A DNA stretch of 64,000 nt, from contig BDGG01000002.1 of the NCBI GenBank assembly GCA_001949185.1, positions 7,368,448 to 7,432,447 of the forward strand, in the 5' to 3' direction. A program made the position numbers and the translations under genes. Position 1 is the first letter of the stretch. Each line of letters opens with the position of its first letter. The DNA is from Ramazzottius varieornatus (taxonomy: Eukaryota; Animalia; Tardigrada). Of this stretch, positions 12,401-25,485 are shown one piece after another. Under the pieces are notes generated by a model. It saw only the letters and a program-made list of their open reading frames with translations, was not told where the DNA came from and ran no database searches.

Positions 12401-15400
12401 GACCGGTAGAAAGATTGGGCAAGACTAGTTCCTCAAGTGGCGCACACTCTCAGCCAACAGCACCGAGAACGTGCGCCGCCTGGGGAAATAATCTTGTCGG
12501 ATCTGCCTGCCGACCTTCCAAATACTTTCGAATTTTATTGCTATTAGATCGTACTTTCTTTTCGACAGCTTCAGCCACAGCTAGCCGTTGTGGTCCGATT
12601 CGCATTACCGGTTCGGGCTCTTGCTGGTAAGCTTCACAAGCCAGACTGAAACTGAAGCTTTCTTGGGCACACCATTGATTGAGGAACCGCCTGAAATCTG
12701 TCTTCGAGTTCGCTATGTCCACGATATTGAAGTCTTTGCGTCCACCTTCGTCATCTACTGCACCACCACCACGAGCTACCGGAGATTCCGGCAAGAAGGC
12801 CAGGTGTTCATCACGAGTAGCGAACATGATTGTCGACACGCGTTCCTCTCGCATACTTGCTACGGAAGAGACCACAGTAGCTTCGAGAGAAGCTTGTGGA
12901 CCTTGGCTGCTTACATTATCGTCAAAGTTGATTCTACTCTCCATATAAAGTTCCACAGTTTCTTGACGCTTGAGTACCGGCATGTGCAACTTTGCGGAGT
13001 TCGACGAGGATCGCTGGTCGTTCTTCCGCTTGACGTTAGCCACAGCTGTCCGTGGTGTGACGAAGAGGCCCGGTGTGTTCTCTTCTGTGTCTGCCTTACC
13101 AAAATTCAGCGCAGAAGATGGCGTGGCTGGTGTCAGTGCTGGATTGGTTAACCTGCCAAAACAAATTCATAAACATTTTTCGTCACTTGTTATTCCATCA
13201 AATAAGATTTTCCCCCTTTCATGCGATCGAGTGGTAGTGGACTAGAAAAAACAAGGTTAGTTTCACTACAGTCTATAGTAATGGATTTCCCTGACCGTTG
13301 TTCGCTCGAAGGTTGCCGTAATATCTCTGTCATGTTGCAGTTCGCCAAAAACTGTTCGAAGTCGTCGTCGAACGTTCCCACAACCGCCTTCTCTTCTTCG
13401 GCTTCTTCAGCTTCGAGCCCATCTTGCGACGACAGAACTTTGACCGAAGCAGGCGACAAGCATTCGGAAATAACGTACTCGGTAAAGACGGAGCTTCTCT
13501 TGCTGACGACAACTGCAGACTGTTCCTCGTCTGAGTCGGTCTCAATGTCCGGCGAGCCTCTGATGATCGACGAGTCCTGGGAGTTCGGTTCATCGACTAT
13601 CCCTTCGTCCTCCACGTTCTCCACAGTAGGTTCTCCATTCTGATGGGGAACCGAACCTTGCGATTTCCGTCTTTCGTCGTCAGCGGCTTCCAGGACAGGA
13701 TCCAGGGGTTCGTCCACATCTTGCTGGCTAGTGCTGACTTCAGAGAACTCTGCTGCGTTCTGTGTGGTAGACCGACTAAGCTGCACCAGTACCTCAGCTT
13801 CAAGCTCCTTTTCTGCTTGCGCTTCTTCTTCAGTCTGCGTGTTGGAGATGACAGAAGACTTGTCGGTAGGGTTTGCGTCCGCAATCTTCAGACCCAGAGC
13901 TTCCATGTCTTCTTCCAGCAACCTCCGAGCTTCGGAGATGATGATCGCAGCGGCGTCCATCTCGGTCAGCGGTTCCAGGCCATTCAGCAGAATCTTCCTT
14001 CCGCCTTTTTGAGCTGTCACCACATGCTCTGCCTTCTCGCTACAAACAAAAACAACCGCACAGATGGAGGCTCGGCAAACAAACTCAACGCAGTTAGTTT
14101 TCCAAGTGGCGCACACGTACAGCCAATGGAACCGAAACTGTGCGCCACTTGAGAAAACAATCCGTCCAAATAGGAGAAAAATGGTCTCAGCGAATGATGA
14201 ATATGGCAGAGCGAAACCTGTGAAACGGGATGGAGTTCTTGAGAAGTTCCTCGATGTGGGAGCGATCCGCCGTCGCTAACTTAGCCAGGTTAGGATAGCC
14301 TTTTTGGTAGAGCAGACGAGCTTGGCGAGCCGTTAGGAACTGTATTCGGACCAGCTCCACGAGTTCCCGTTGTACACCGAACATCAACCGGCTTTGGAAC
14401 TGTTCGATGAGCAAGGCCAAGTTAGTCCAACCAAGCTCCTGGCAGAAGATAGTGATGATGCCTGTTAAGAGTTAACAAGACGGTTGAAAGTGTTCCAAAT
14501 TCACTCCACTCAAAACTCGATTTGTGCGAACTGACGTGCCTGAATAGGTTGATGCTCCTTGCTGTAGCGACTGCAACATCCCCTTGTTAACACCATACTT
14601 CATCGCAACGGTGCTCAGTGGAATTTCGTGAATGAGCTCGTTCAAAATCAGAGCGCTAAAAGCAAACATCTGAATATCATCAGCTGCAAATTAGGAAAGG
14701 ACTGTAGCGGTAGATGAAAGTAAAGCTAGGAGCATTCTTACCAGTAAAATCTTCGCATACAAGTGACTTGTTTGGCGACCGCCGGGTCGTTCTCGTTGCT
14801 CAGTCGCCCACGGACTGCCGCCGCTAACGTCATCTCATCCACTCCAACTATCGTACCCACTCTCTTCCAGGACAGCGGTAGCCTCTCCCACAGGAGCATG
14901 TAGTGGTACCAGTCGAGGTTTGCTACATGGTCGATTAGGTGCAATGGCGTCAGCAAATGCAGGATGTGAAGCTCGGTTTCCAGATTGAATGATAGACGAG
15001 CTTTCTGCAGTTCGTGGAAGACAGCTTCACCGTCTGACGGCGAGAGACCCGACCACACCACTGCATTGCCTAACTGGGATGGCCGAAGAGCTTGACCATC
15101 TTGAGCGATCTGAATGAGTTCTTTGCTTTTTAGGGAATCGATGACAGCTTTGGCATAAGTTTCCGTCTGTTCTTTCCCCTAAAAACAGATATATTTCATT
15201 TCAGCTCACTGATAAAGGTACGCTTTTGCTACAGACTACAGGTCTTCAAATGGGAAAATGAATTCACCAGCTGAGCAGCGAGAAGAGTGCACTTGAAGTA
15301 TTCCGTGACTTCTCGTACGCTTTTCGCCGCACCGTTCACGACGATTTCCAACGCGGCTTGCATCATCTTCCCTCCAACTTTCCCACTGGCCACCGCTGGC

Positions 15401-17523
15401 AGCATGCAGCTCTTGACTGACCGTACTGTTGCGGCGAAGAGCGCAGTTACTTTGGCTTTCTCGGTTTCCTTACACACCAGAATACTTTCACCTGAAAATA
15501 ACGAGAGTTGACAATAGATCGAATGAACTGCTAATTTTAAAGGTGAGAAACTGATGTACCCTCGGTGTCCACTCCTTTCCGACCGGCTCTTCCAGCCATC
15601 TGATAGTACGTCAAGACATCGATGGTCGTGTTGTGAAAGATCGGTGATCGAATGATCACTCTTCGAGCCGGAAGATTGACCCCAGAGGACAGCGTAGTCG
15701 TGGCTATCAGAACTTTCAGGTAGCACTTCCGGAAGGCGCCTTCTACAATCTCGCGTTCGTCCATAGTCAAGCCGGCGTGGTGGAAAGCTACACCCATAGG
15801 GACAGTCTTGGCCAGCACAGCATCTAGGCCAGCTGGACTCTGCCGTAACTGCGCCACAACGTCGTTCAGCTTGTCGTCCTGCAGGAACTCAACGCGGACT
15901 TCCTTGTCTAAATGGGTGAACTGATCCGCGACGATTTCGGCTAGACTTTCACACCAGTTCTTGTACGGACAGAATATCAGGACGCTGTGGCCGACTCGGA
16001 CTGTTTCGAGAGAAAGCGTGACGATGTGGTCAGGATCGTTCTTCAGACTGGCGACGGGAATGATGTCACTAACTTTCGTCCATTTCTTGTCGTAAAGGAC
16101 CAGGCCTAACTTTATTCTCTCGTGCAGAGGAACGGGCCGATAATCTAAAGACAGATCACAAAATTACAGAGGCTAGCTGTAAACGAATAGCTTCAAATTT
16201 CAGAGCAATTTACTTGATAAATTGGGACTTGGGAGGTTTGGCCATCGAAGCGTACAAGAATATCATCTCGAGTGGCGCACGTTTTCACGGTTAACGGCAG
16301 GGAGCGTGCGCCACTTAACATGACGATCTTGTACGTCTCGTTTGCCGGACCACCAGTCCTTAATCCTTACCGCTGGTAAAGAGATCCGCGTCTAGCCATG
16401 CTGCGATGTCTCCCAAGTTCGGAAGCGTCGCGCTCATTCCGACGATCTGAATCCTTACAGGAGCTTCTTCTTGGCTTTCTTCTGTCTCTTCTTTTTTTTT
16501 GTCAACCGACAACCAAGTTTGATTCAGATACCCTATCTTCGTGAGCAGCAGCTCGATCAGGTGTCCTCTTCCTGAATCTCCTACCATGTGCAGTTCATCC
16601 ACGACCACGACACCCAACTGATCCAGCCTTCCTTCTTCGACCATTCTATTGACTAAACTGTTCGCCTTTTCAATCGTACATACAGCAATGTCCAGCTTTC
16701 TCATACCACCAGGAGGACGAACATGGCCCATGTACCCACCCACCCGGATTCCACTGCCATGGAACATCTTCTGTAACGACACCATCTTCTCCCTGGCTAA
16801 CGCTACGAAAGGCAATATGAATAGACCTTTCTTCTTCGTTTCTACAACTCTTTTCAACAGAAGGATTTCCGCGACGAGTGTCTTCCCTGCGCTGGTCGGC
16901 GCAGAGTAAACTAAATTCCCACCGTCCAACGCTTTGCCTTGCTTTAGACATTCTGCTTGCCACTGGAACATCGACGTTATGTTGATCTTCTTGTAAGCAG
17001 CCACAACCTTCTCCGGAAGTCCCCATTCCGCTAGATTCAGATCTGCCTGCTGAAGAAACCGAAATCACATTAGTTATACAATATTATCCGTGATACAATC
17101 TTAAATGAATATAGTTACAGATTTCTCCTTCGTTGCTTGGACCGAGTTCTGGAGCAACGCGTGTATCGCATCTTCATTGACCATGGACATCGGCTTATCA
17201 TCCCGGAGAAGAGCGCTAGGGATATCGTCAAAGAAGGCCGCTGTGTCATCTTTTCGAGGTGATTCTGCGTGGATGCTAAGACGTCCGATGCGTAATGTCT
17301 TGGACGGAGTATTAAGAATGGGCTTCTTCGGCGATGTTTGTGTCTTCTTCGGGGATACTGAAGGGAATTCATCGTCCGTGAAGGCGATTACAGGCTTGTA
17401 GAAAGATGAGCTGACCGTCCCGGAACGAGCTTTTGGTTGTCCGCGTCCGAGAGCCAGCGCTGGTTTCTGAGACTTGCGTGGAGGAAGGGCTTCATTGCTA
17501 CGAGCCTTCCTTGGCAGCGGCAT
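9494..17523 (-). CDS. POLQ: DNA polymerase theta (SF2 helicase, central region, family A polymerase), multi-exon
   Basis: Helicase motifs APTSAGKT, DELH, MSAT, GVAFHHAGL, TTTLSSGVNLPARRV, QMAGRAGR; PolA motifs SADYSQVELRVLAH, RQQAKQICYGIIYGMG, ERQAVNTTVQGSAA, LQLHDELIYEV. Confidence 0.97.
11185..11233. repeat. Intronic palindrome family copy (POLQ)
   Basis: cagatgacgcac-N25-gtgcgccagctg; outer arm gggagctcggcaaacaag. Confidence 0.8.
11850..11897. repeat. Intronic palindrome family copy (POLQ), degenerate
   Basis: taagtggcgcag-N24-gtgcacgatttg. Confidence 0.7.
12434..12482. repeat. Intronic palindrome family copy (POLQ)
   Basis: caagtggcgcac-N25-gtgcgccgcctg. Confidence 0.88.
14103..14151. 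repeat. Intronic palindrome family copy (POLQ)
   Basis: caagtggcgcac-N25-gtgcgccacttg (perfect arms). Confidence 0.92.
16269..16317. repeat. Intronic palindrome family copy (POLQ)
   Basis: cgagtggcgcac-N25-gtgcgccactta. Confidence 0.88.
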
Positions 17524-17749
17524 CTGCTAGCTTGAAGGGATGTTTGCCAGCAGCAGTGCTCCACGACTCAAAATCTAGGAAGTAGGGATCTAGGTACGGA
17601 TAACATGCACGTCTGAGAAGAAGAATTTGCCCTGCGTTGCCTTAATCGTCAGAAAGAAAAGGGTATACGATGTTTTCGTTTTATCAACCCAGTGGCTGAA
17701 TCAACTCACAGAGTGACCGGAAGTGTAATTAGTAAGTAATATTACCCGT

Positions 17750-19110
17750 GTGTCCACAGTGTTGTCACTTCCCGGAACACCTCGAGCATCCCCTGATGAG
17801 ACTAGCTGCGATTCAGGGTCCCCTCGTTCCTTGCTACAGGAAGAGTTTAGGTGCCTGGCATCCCCAACCATGCTTGTCCACGTCCACTACATGGAGCGAA
17901 ACAGCTGCCATCCAGCTTCGACATCTCCGTTCAGTCCAGTACCTTGAACGTAGCAATCCGAGCTGAAATCATCGCTCGTCCGAAGATTTCTGATGCTGAT
18001 CGGGCAATGGTCACTCTGGAACTTTCGGGGGGATGAGTCCGGTGCCTACTTCTGCGGCACCGCATGGACAGGCACACCATTGTTAGACTTCCGTAAGACT
18101 GCTGCCGAAGCCGGAGCTGAAGATGACTGCTACCTGAAGGTTCTTCGTCCAAGTGTTCGAGTAGTTTCTGTCTATGGTCATGGTGGTACCGTTGTCTACA
18201 ATCTCACTTCCATAACTTTGGAGTAAATCAGCGCGAACGTCTTAATGAACTGCAAGATCCCCATCGAAGAGCGAGTGATGATCGTCGCAAAGGAGGTGGT
18301 CAAGCAAGAGCACCCGGGTACGTTTCTCACGGACTACGAGTTGAGTGACCAGGATGTGGTGTACATTGTAAAGAACTTATGGGAGATGACAGCGCGCTTG
18401 GTCAATTAACCTCGAAGTCACTCTGTCCACGACATGCAAGATATCAAGATTCAAGAACAAGGAGCAAGAAGGTATTCCGCGGGACAGCAAAGACTCTTTC
18501 TCACTGCATGAATGAGGTATGGAAATACTTGTATGGGACGAGGGAAAATGAAGTGAACTCAATCGCTGTCAAGTGGAGCATGTTACCCCTGTAACTGGCT
18601 GGAGGTTTGCGCCAGTTGAGAAACGTTGTTGGTTCAAATCGCTGCCCACGTTCCGCATTATGTAGTAACTCATGGTGGTAGACCGTTTGTGTGTTCTTCA
18701 ATATTCCAAGTCCTGTAGATCAACTTGTGTTCCACTTTCAGAGGATTTGGAAAAGAATTGGAGAACGATCGGCCACGTGATAACCAGTTGTACATTACTG
18801 TTGGTTTCCGTTCGGCGAGGCTTGGCTTGTGGATGCTTGGAGTACGAGCTGCGCAACCCAAAAGACATCACATCGCTTTACGGTAACATAAAGGTGGTTT
18901 CGTAAAGTGGACACGCCACCAGACTGAACGTCGAACCTGTCAAGAACACCATTAAACATGTAAGGCTGAGGATCCCGGAATTTGCACCCAAGCGGAGGGT
19001 TGAGAATCGCGGGCTGCGATTGTGTAGGAAGTTGATGGAAGATGGAATGACTCTGCAGCAAGCTTCCATCAGAAACCGTTGGATGTGGAAGCTGCAGTCA
19101 GGAGGTAATA
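17750..19110 (+). pseudogene. Degraded coding-like relic of unknown family
   Basis: Protein-like stretches (NCKIPIEERVMIVAKEVVKQEHP..., VWKYLYG, LEYELRNPKDITSLY) broken by stops and frame changes; no recognisable motif. Confidence 0.3.
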
Positions 19111-20126
19111 TTTACGAGTAGTTGGTTGTGGTGGAAGACAACCACAGGATGTCTGGATGCAAGATCACCTTAGGACAATGATTCCGACCTGAGAGAGGTC
19201 TTCCTGCTCAACTCGAATAACAAGGAAGTATTTCATGGTAGATGTGATATCGATATGTGCAGTCGACCATATTCTCTTTTGTAGGCTTTTTCTGGTCCCT
19301 GTTTTCTTAGCTACTCAACCCGGATTCCGAGGCAGTTCTTTCCTTCATTGAGCTTCTACCAGAAACTGTTTTTCTCTTATTTCCGCTCATAGTGATAGAA
19401 TAGTTCATTGTGCGTGGAACCTAGTGTTAGAACTTAGAGGTCGAAGGCCAGTGCGTACTACGCCGGTTTCATTCTTATTAGAGGTATATGAAAGGGCTTT
19501 TGTGTCAGTAAAGTATCTTGATAGTTATGTTGATGGCTTTTGAAGGAGGAGTGGATTAAACCAGACAGGCGATAGTGGACATCGCACAGTCGAGACCTGG
19601 CGTTCGTGGTCGCCGCTTCTTTCCTCTGTACTATACGCGCCACATCGCACCCGCCGGTTTTAATTGAGTGGCGTCGCCGGTGCATCAGGGTGGGCCTATC
19701 CACTGACCACCTAGCTAGAAAAGCAGGCCAAGGAGAACTGACTCTTCTCACAATCCTTGGACATGTGCCTGAGTCTTGTTTCCTATAACTTTCGCGACAC
19801 CCTTGACAAAACACTGTTTTTTCAGCTAATTGGAGCAATACAGCGTGACGTGGCAGTTGATGGTCGACTATCATTGTCACACTCAAATACTTGACTAGCT
19901 TTGATCGTAGTGCTCGTGGTTGCTGTGGACGGAACGAGTAATATAGAAAGTCATAGCGGAAACGAGAAATGCAATCGCGTACTCACCAAGAACTTGCTTC
20001 GGCGCCGGGATACCTTAGACTTTGGCCAAGGACTCTTTCAACTCATCGCGTCAATCCGTTATAAGCATCGACCAGCTGGTTCCCGACATACCCGGCATTG
20101 TTACTTTCAAATATTTTGCTAGTATC

Positions 20127-21626
20127 ATGGAGAATGTGGCCCAACTATTAACGAGAAACGTTCGCCGGTATTTCCTCTTGATTCTATTTGTTGTTGCCGA
20201 AACTGCTGCTGACCTGTGTCCGCCGCCAGCATCCCTAGCACCGGCATGTACCTGCACAACCCTAGCCGAGGGAGTCGGTATCAACTGCCGGGCAGTTCGC
20301 GATGTCGGAGACCTTCTGGGAGCCTTCCGGTTGGTCACCGGACCGATCTCCGAGATCAGCATCAGTGACAGCCCGCAGTTGAAGAACTTTGCGCTGGAGT
20401 CCCTTGAGGAAGTCCCAAATTTGAAAGACTTGCAGTCCTTAATGATGTACCGAATCGTTATCAATATTCCCGCTGCGCCCAAGCCACTGAACTATCCCAA
20501 GCTTCGAAGCCTGAACATTAGCAAGAATGGAATTCGAGACTTCCCGCAGCCGCTTCTGTCCAACTTGACCGAACTGACGTATCTCAACCTATCGCATAAT
20601 GCGATGACGGCTATCTTTCCCGGACATTTCGACTCCCTCAAGAAGCTGGAAACCTTAGGTAGAGTAGCGGAACTTGACTGGAAACCCTTCTATCTGGCGT
20701 TCTTCCGTTTGATGGTGGTGACTGTGTTCTTTCCAGATCTGACGAACAACAAGCTGAATTACTTACCGCCACTTACCTTCCAAGGCGCTCCAAAGTTACG
20801 AATATTGAAGCTGGTAAGTTCGTCCGTAGAGATTCTTCGCAAAAAGCTTTGCTTCACCGTGCGACGAGATTGCTTCCGGCAGAAATAATTTTGATCTCAC
20901 TTTGCTCACAGGGAAGAAACGCGCTCCGAGACCTTTCCTCCGAGATGTTTCGAGGAACGAAGGCACTTGAGGTAAGAACTTCCGGTTGGTTGTTTAAAGG
21001 GATCAGTGTGAGCCGGTTGGGTTTTCTGTTCTACCAGGAGCTGGATCTCTCCCAGAATGTCATCCGGTACATACCCAGAGAGATGATGAATGAGTTCCAG
21101 AACCTGAAAGTTCTTAGCCTTCATCGAAACTGGATCATCGACGTACCCGGAAACACCTTCCAGAACCTCACGCTGTTGGAAAAGCTGGTACTTTCCGGCA
21201 ATGGACTGAAATACCTCTCGGCAGACAGCTTCAAGGGTCTGGAGGTTCTGACAAATCTGGACCTGTCGAACAACGGACTCGAATACATCCCGGAAGGACT
21301 CTTGGAACCGCTCAAAGAGCTCGAAGTGTTAAACATCAGGTACGTTCTACCCAGCAAAGTGTTTGTGCATCCCAGTCTCATTGTTCATACTTTTTACTAG
21401 TTTCAATCGAATAAAGAGCATGCCGGCCAGTCTGATGAAGAACCTCAAATCACTTCGACGTCTGGACATCAGGCGGACCCTTATCACTTTTGTGGTAGGT
21501 CCATAATTCGCGTCACAACAATGATCACCAGTCTAAATCTTCCTCAATGTTCTTTTACAGCCGGGAGACATCTACGGACTCGTCAGTCCAGCGTCTAATG
21601 TCAGGGTGCTTCAGCTCCTCAGCTAA
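20127..21626 (+). CDS. Secreted leucine-rich repeat protein, 6 exons
   Basis: Hydrophobic N-terminus (YFLLILFVVAETAA), LRRNT CPPPASLAPACTC, about 10 LxxLxLxxNxL repeats across in-phase GT-AG introns; stop at 21624-21626; no TM segment. Confidence 0.88.
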
Positions 21627-21843
21627 ACCAAGAATCATAAAGAGTTATGCCGAAGAAAGTATAAAGGAGCCCTTTGTTGTTGACTTTTGTTGTTTCAGTT
21701 CAACCGTCCACTCGGATAGTTCTGCTGTTTCTGTTTCTTTTTCGTTTGTTATTTTCTCCGCGCTGGCGGGGAATTCTAGTCTAACCAGACTTAAAATCTA
21801 TGCAACTAATAAACCGAAAAGGTTGTCGGAACATTCGCTCTCG

Positions 21844-24831
21844 CTAGTTCCTCTTTTTCTTCTTAACAACTTCTCCGCTCTCTTTCTCGAGTTCTTCTTG
21901 GTACGCTTGCACGAGCTGTTCTTGTGTTGACGGCAAGCATGGCGAATACCGGCAGAACTCCATGGTAAATTCGCCCTTGCCTTGCGTGGCTGACCGTATC
22001 TCAGTCGAGTATCCAAACATATCGTTCAGCGGTACTTCGCAGAAGAGGGAAACCCAATCGCCTGCTGAATCTGAGCCAGTGACAACAGCATGCCTCCTCT
22101 GCATTTGAGCTGTTATTGCACCTTGAAACTCAATTGGTGCGGTTACCTCAACCGTCATGATAGGCTCAAGTACCTACAGCAACAGTCCAAATCAGAACAG
22201 AAACGTACATGTGGTTGAATTTCCACATTGGGGAGCTCCGCAAACAAACTCAACCAAATTGTTTTCTCAAGTGGCACGTGTGATAGGTCCTGTTGGCTGA
22301 TCGCGAGCGCCACTTGGAAAAACGATCTGGTTAAGTTTGCTTACCAACCTGTTATTTCGATGTTGAAACTTCAGTACCTATCAACATTCGATAAAAAAGT
22401 AAACTTTCTGCCGTACCTGCCATCTACCGAGGTCGTAGCAGTCATTCATGGCGCCTGTAGCTGCGTTGATGAATGCGTACTCGTTGGAATCCACTACGTG
22501 ACTAGCACCATCTTGTAGTCTCATGATGATACCGGAAACCTTGGCTCCAATCAGCGAACCTTTCTCGCAGCTTGCACGGAAGCCCTTCTCGATAGCTGGG
22601 ATGAAGTTCTTCGGTACGTTGGTACCCTTGGTTTCGTCTTTGAAAGCGAGGTCGAGGTTCCTGTCGGGAGAAAGAGGCTCGAGAGCTCCGATGACTCGGC
22701 CGTACTGGCCAGCACCGCCAGACTGCCTTTTGTGGAGGTAGTCGAAGGAGACTGGCGCGAGAAGCGTTTCTCTGAAGGACACCTTGGGCTTACCGAGTAC
22801 GACAGGTGTGTTGTACTCGCGTTCCATTCGCTGAGCGTAGATCTCTAAATGAAGCTCACCCATACCTGAAACAAAAACATGCAAAGAGTAAAAGTGATCC
22901 GGCAAAACTGATTCCGACCACTAAAGAATAAACTCACAACTTATCCACAAAACATGCCTAACTTTCCGTCCACCTGCATATAGGGACCACGTTAAATTCC
23001 TATTCGACAGTATGCAGGTGGACGAAACTTTCGAACTAAATATCCCGACGAAAAGACTTCGTAACTCTTATCGAAACGGGACGACTTGGAAAAAGTCAGC
23101 GTATATCTTTTACCTTGGCAGATGGTTTCTTTGATTTCTGGATCAAAGAAGACTCTGAACGTTGGATCTTCTCTTGTGAAGCGATTGATGGCTTTGGAGA
23201 AGTTATCGCTGTGTTTCGTTGCATCTTTCGCCTTGATGGACATGCTAATGACAGGCTCTGGTACATGGATGGGTTCCATCGATACTTTGTAGTCGGGGAT
23301 GGAAACAAAACTATCACCGGAAGCACACTCGACACCAGTCATCGCACAAATATCACCGGCAAACACTTCCGTCACGTCCTCCATCTCGTCCGAATGCATG
23401 CGGACCAACCTGTTCACCTTACACTTCTTCCCTGTTCGCGTATTCCATACCCAGTCACCTCGATTTATTCTGCCCTGGTAGACCCGAACAAAGGATAGCT
23501 GTCCGACTTTTCCAATGTCAAGCTTGAATGCCAGACCGAGGAACGGCTTCTGGGCTGAGCGAGAAGGATCTAAATGGATACTGTCCGTCTTCCCCTCTTT
23601 CCCTTCCATCAAAGCCATGTTTACACGCTCCGCGGGGTTCGGGAGAAAGTCCACAACCGCATCGAGAAGGGGCTGTACTCCTTTATTCTTCAGGGCCGAG
23701 CCTAAAAGGAGGAATATCTTGTATGCCCTACAGCCAATTTACGAGGCAAGAAGAACGAATCGGCCACCCCAAATTTTATCGATGTGACGTCATCGCAGCC
23801 ATTCTTATTGATGGGTGACCGACTCACCGCTTCTAGCCAATCCGTCCTTCCGATCTACTTACCGACGAGAACAGGTGTGAAACTTCTCTTTATGCAGCTT
23901 CTCCGTATTCCAGCCATCAAGTCATCCACCGAAGGAACTTTCTCTTCCAGGAACATATTACCCACGATTTCATCACCGTCGCTGATATGTTCGATCATTT
24001 CTTGTCTATACGCCTTCACTTCCGTCATCATGTTACCCGGAATGGCATCATACCTGACAATCTCCCCGTTGTCTCCATCAAAATAAACAGCCTGTTCCTT
24101 CACGAGATCCACAACCCCGCTGAGCTTACTCTCCAAGCCAATCGGCAACTGCACGAACGCTGCGTTATGTTTCAGCTTCTCACGGACTTGCTTCAGCACT
24201 CTCTTGGGATCAGCGCCTGCCCTGTCTAACTTGTTTATGAAACCTAAACAGGGGACATTATACCGCTTCATCTGACGATTCACCGTCAACGTCTGACTCT
24301 GCACTCCTCCGACACTACACAGAACCAAGATGGCACCGTCCAGCACGCGAAGAGATCGTTCAACTTCCACGGTGAAGTCCACATGTCCAGGTGTATCAAT
24401 GAAATTAATGTTCGTGCCTAAAACAAAGAAACAACTGCCAAATACGTGCCGATAAATCGCTCTAAAATTCTATTCGTACCTTTCCAGTCAGTGTAAGTAG
24501 CTGCAGATTTGATAGTGATGCCGCGCTGTCTTTCCAGCTCCATGGAATCCATCTTTGCTCCCACTTGATCTTTTCCTCGGACTTCGTGCATGTCTTCTAT
24601 ACGGCCAGTGTAGTATAATATTCTCTCCGAGACGGTCGTCTTGCCGCTGTCAATGTGCGCTGATATCCCCATGTTCCGAATCTTTTCCACCTCTTTGTGG
24701 ATGGTGATCATCTTCTTCGCGGCATAGTGGGCGCGGGATTGCTTTGAAGAAGGTGCGTGGTTCAAGATGGCATTCTGGGATATCCTCGCTCCCGTCCGGA
24801 CGACGCTCCGGCCTTGCAGTATTCCATGCAT
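21844..24831 (-). CDS. GFM1: Mitochondrial elongation factor G1, multi-exon
   Basis: Basic presequence, [68 protein letters not shown]. Confidence 0.97.
22268..22316. repeat. Intronic palindrome family copy (GFM1)
   Basis: caagtggcacgt-N25-gagcgccacttg; outer arms present ~22229-22350. Confidence 0.85.
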
Positions 24832-25485
24832 GGTTAAATGGACAATAACGGACCACTCACCCTCCGAGTTAGGGTGTCGCTGTAGCAAACGTCACGAAGA
24901 AGACAACTCTCGCGGAGAAACACTTCAGCTCCGAAGCGTTCAATCGACGATCTTGGAGGTTGGCGATTCTGGATGATCGATCTGGTGACCGTGATTCTAG
25001 TCGGACACGAGTGGCGAGTGAGTAGCTGATGTAAGATCAATCAACTAGGGGCAATCAAGTAGATAAGGTTTCCACTTACGCATTACCTGTCCCCCTCTGG
25101 TTCTCTGACATGCGACATATCACACTATATGACAGACTTCACTTCCGGTCATCGCCTGGTCAGCTGTACGGAAACCAACTCGTTTTCTTCTTCGGCTTTC
25201 GGGCACCATTCCGCGCATTCTCAAAAAAACTGAGAGCTTTTCCTCAGTCGGAGTTAGCCCCTTAGCAGCCTCTCTTCTACAGCACTCTCTTGAAGCTTTG
25301 GGCACTCTCTGGACAGGCTTTGAACGGGTATTCTAGATCCCGGACGGAATTCCTGTTGTCGATCCGCAGCAAGTCCACATTCCTTCCGACGCGCAGGTAA
25401 GTTCTGAATCCGTTGTGCACATACTTTTCTCCTCTGCTGATCGCCAGACGTTGTATATGGTATCCTTACAACCCACAGAGTATAC

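Noticed and set aside
12588-14152. Several long plus-strand ORFs over POLQ (also over GFM1, RRM1 and the receptor gene)
   Set aside because: They are antisense to well-supported exons and carry no motifs.
22175-22416. The palindrome family as intron-generating (Introner-like) elements
   Set aside because: The ~130-bp element occupies only the interior of each intron and its ends do not coincide with splice sites.
21844-24831. Bacterial or horizontally transferred EF-G
   Set aside because: It has spliceosomal introns and an N-terminal presequence, consistent with the ordinary nuclear-encoded mitochondrial gene.
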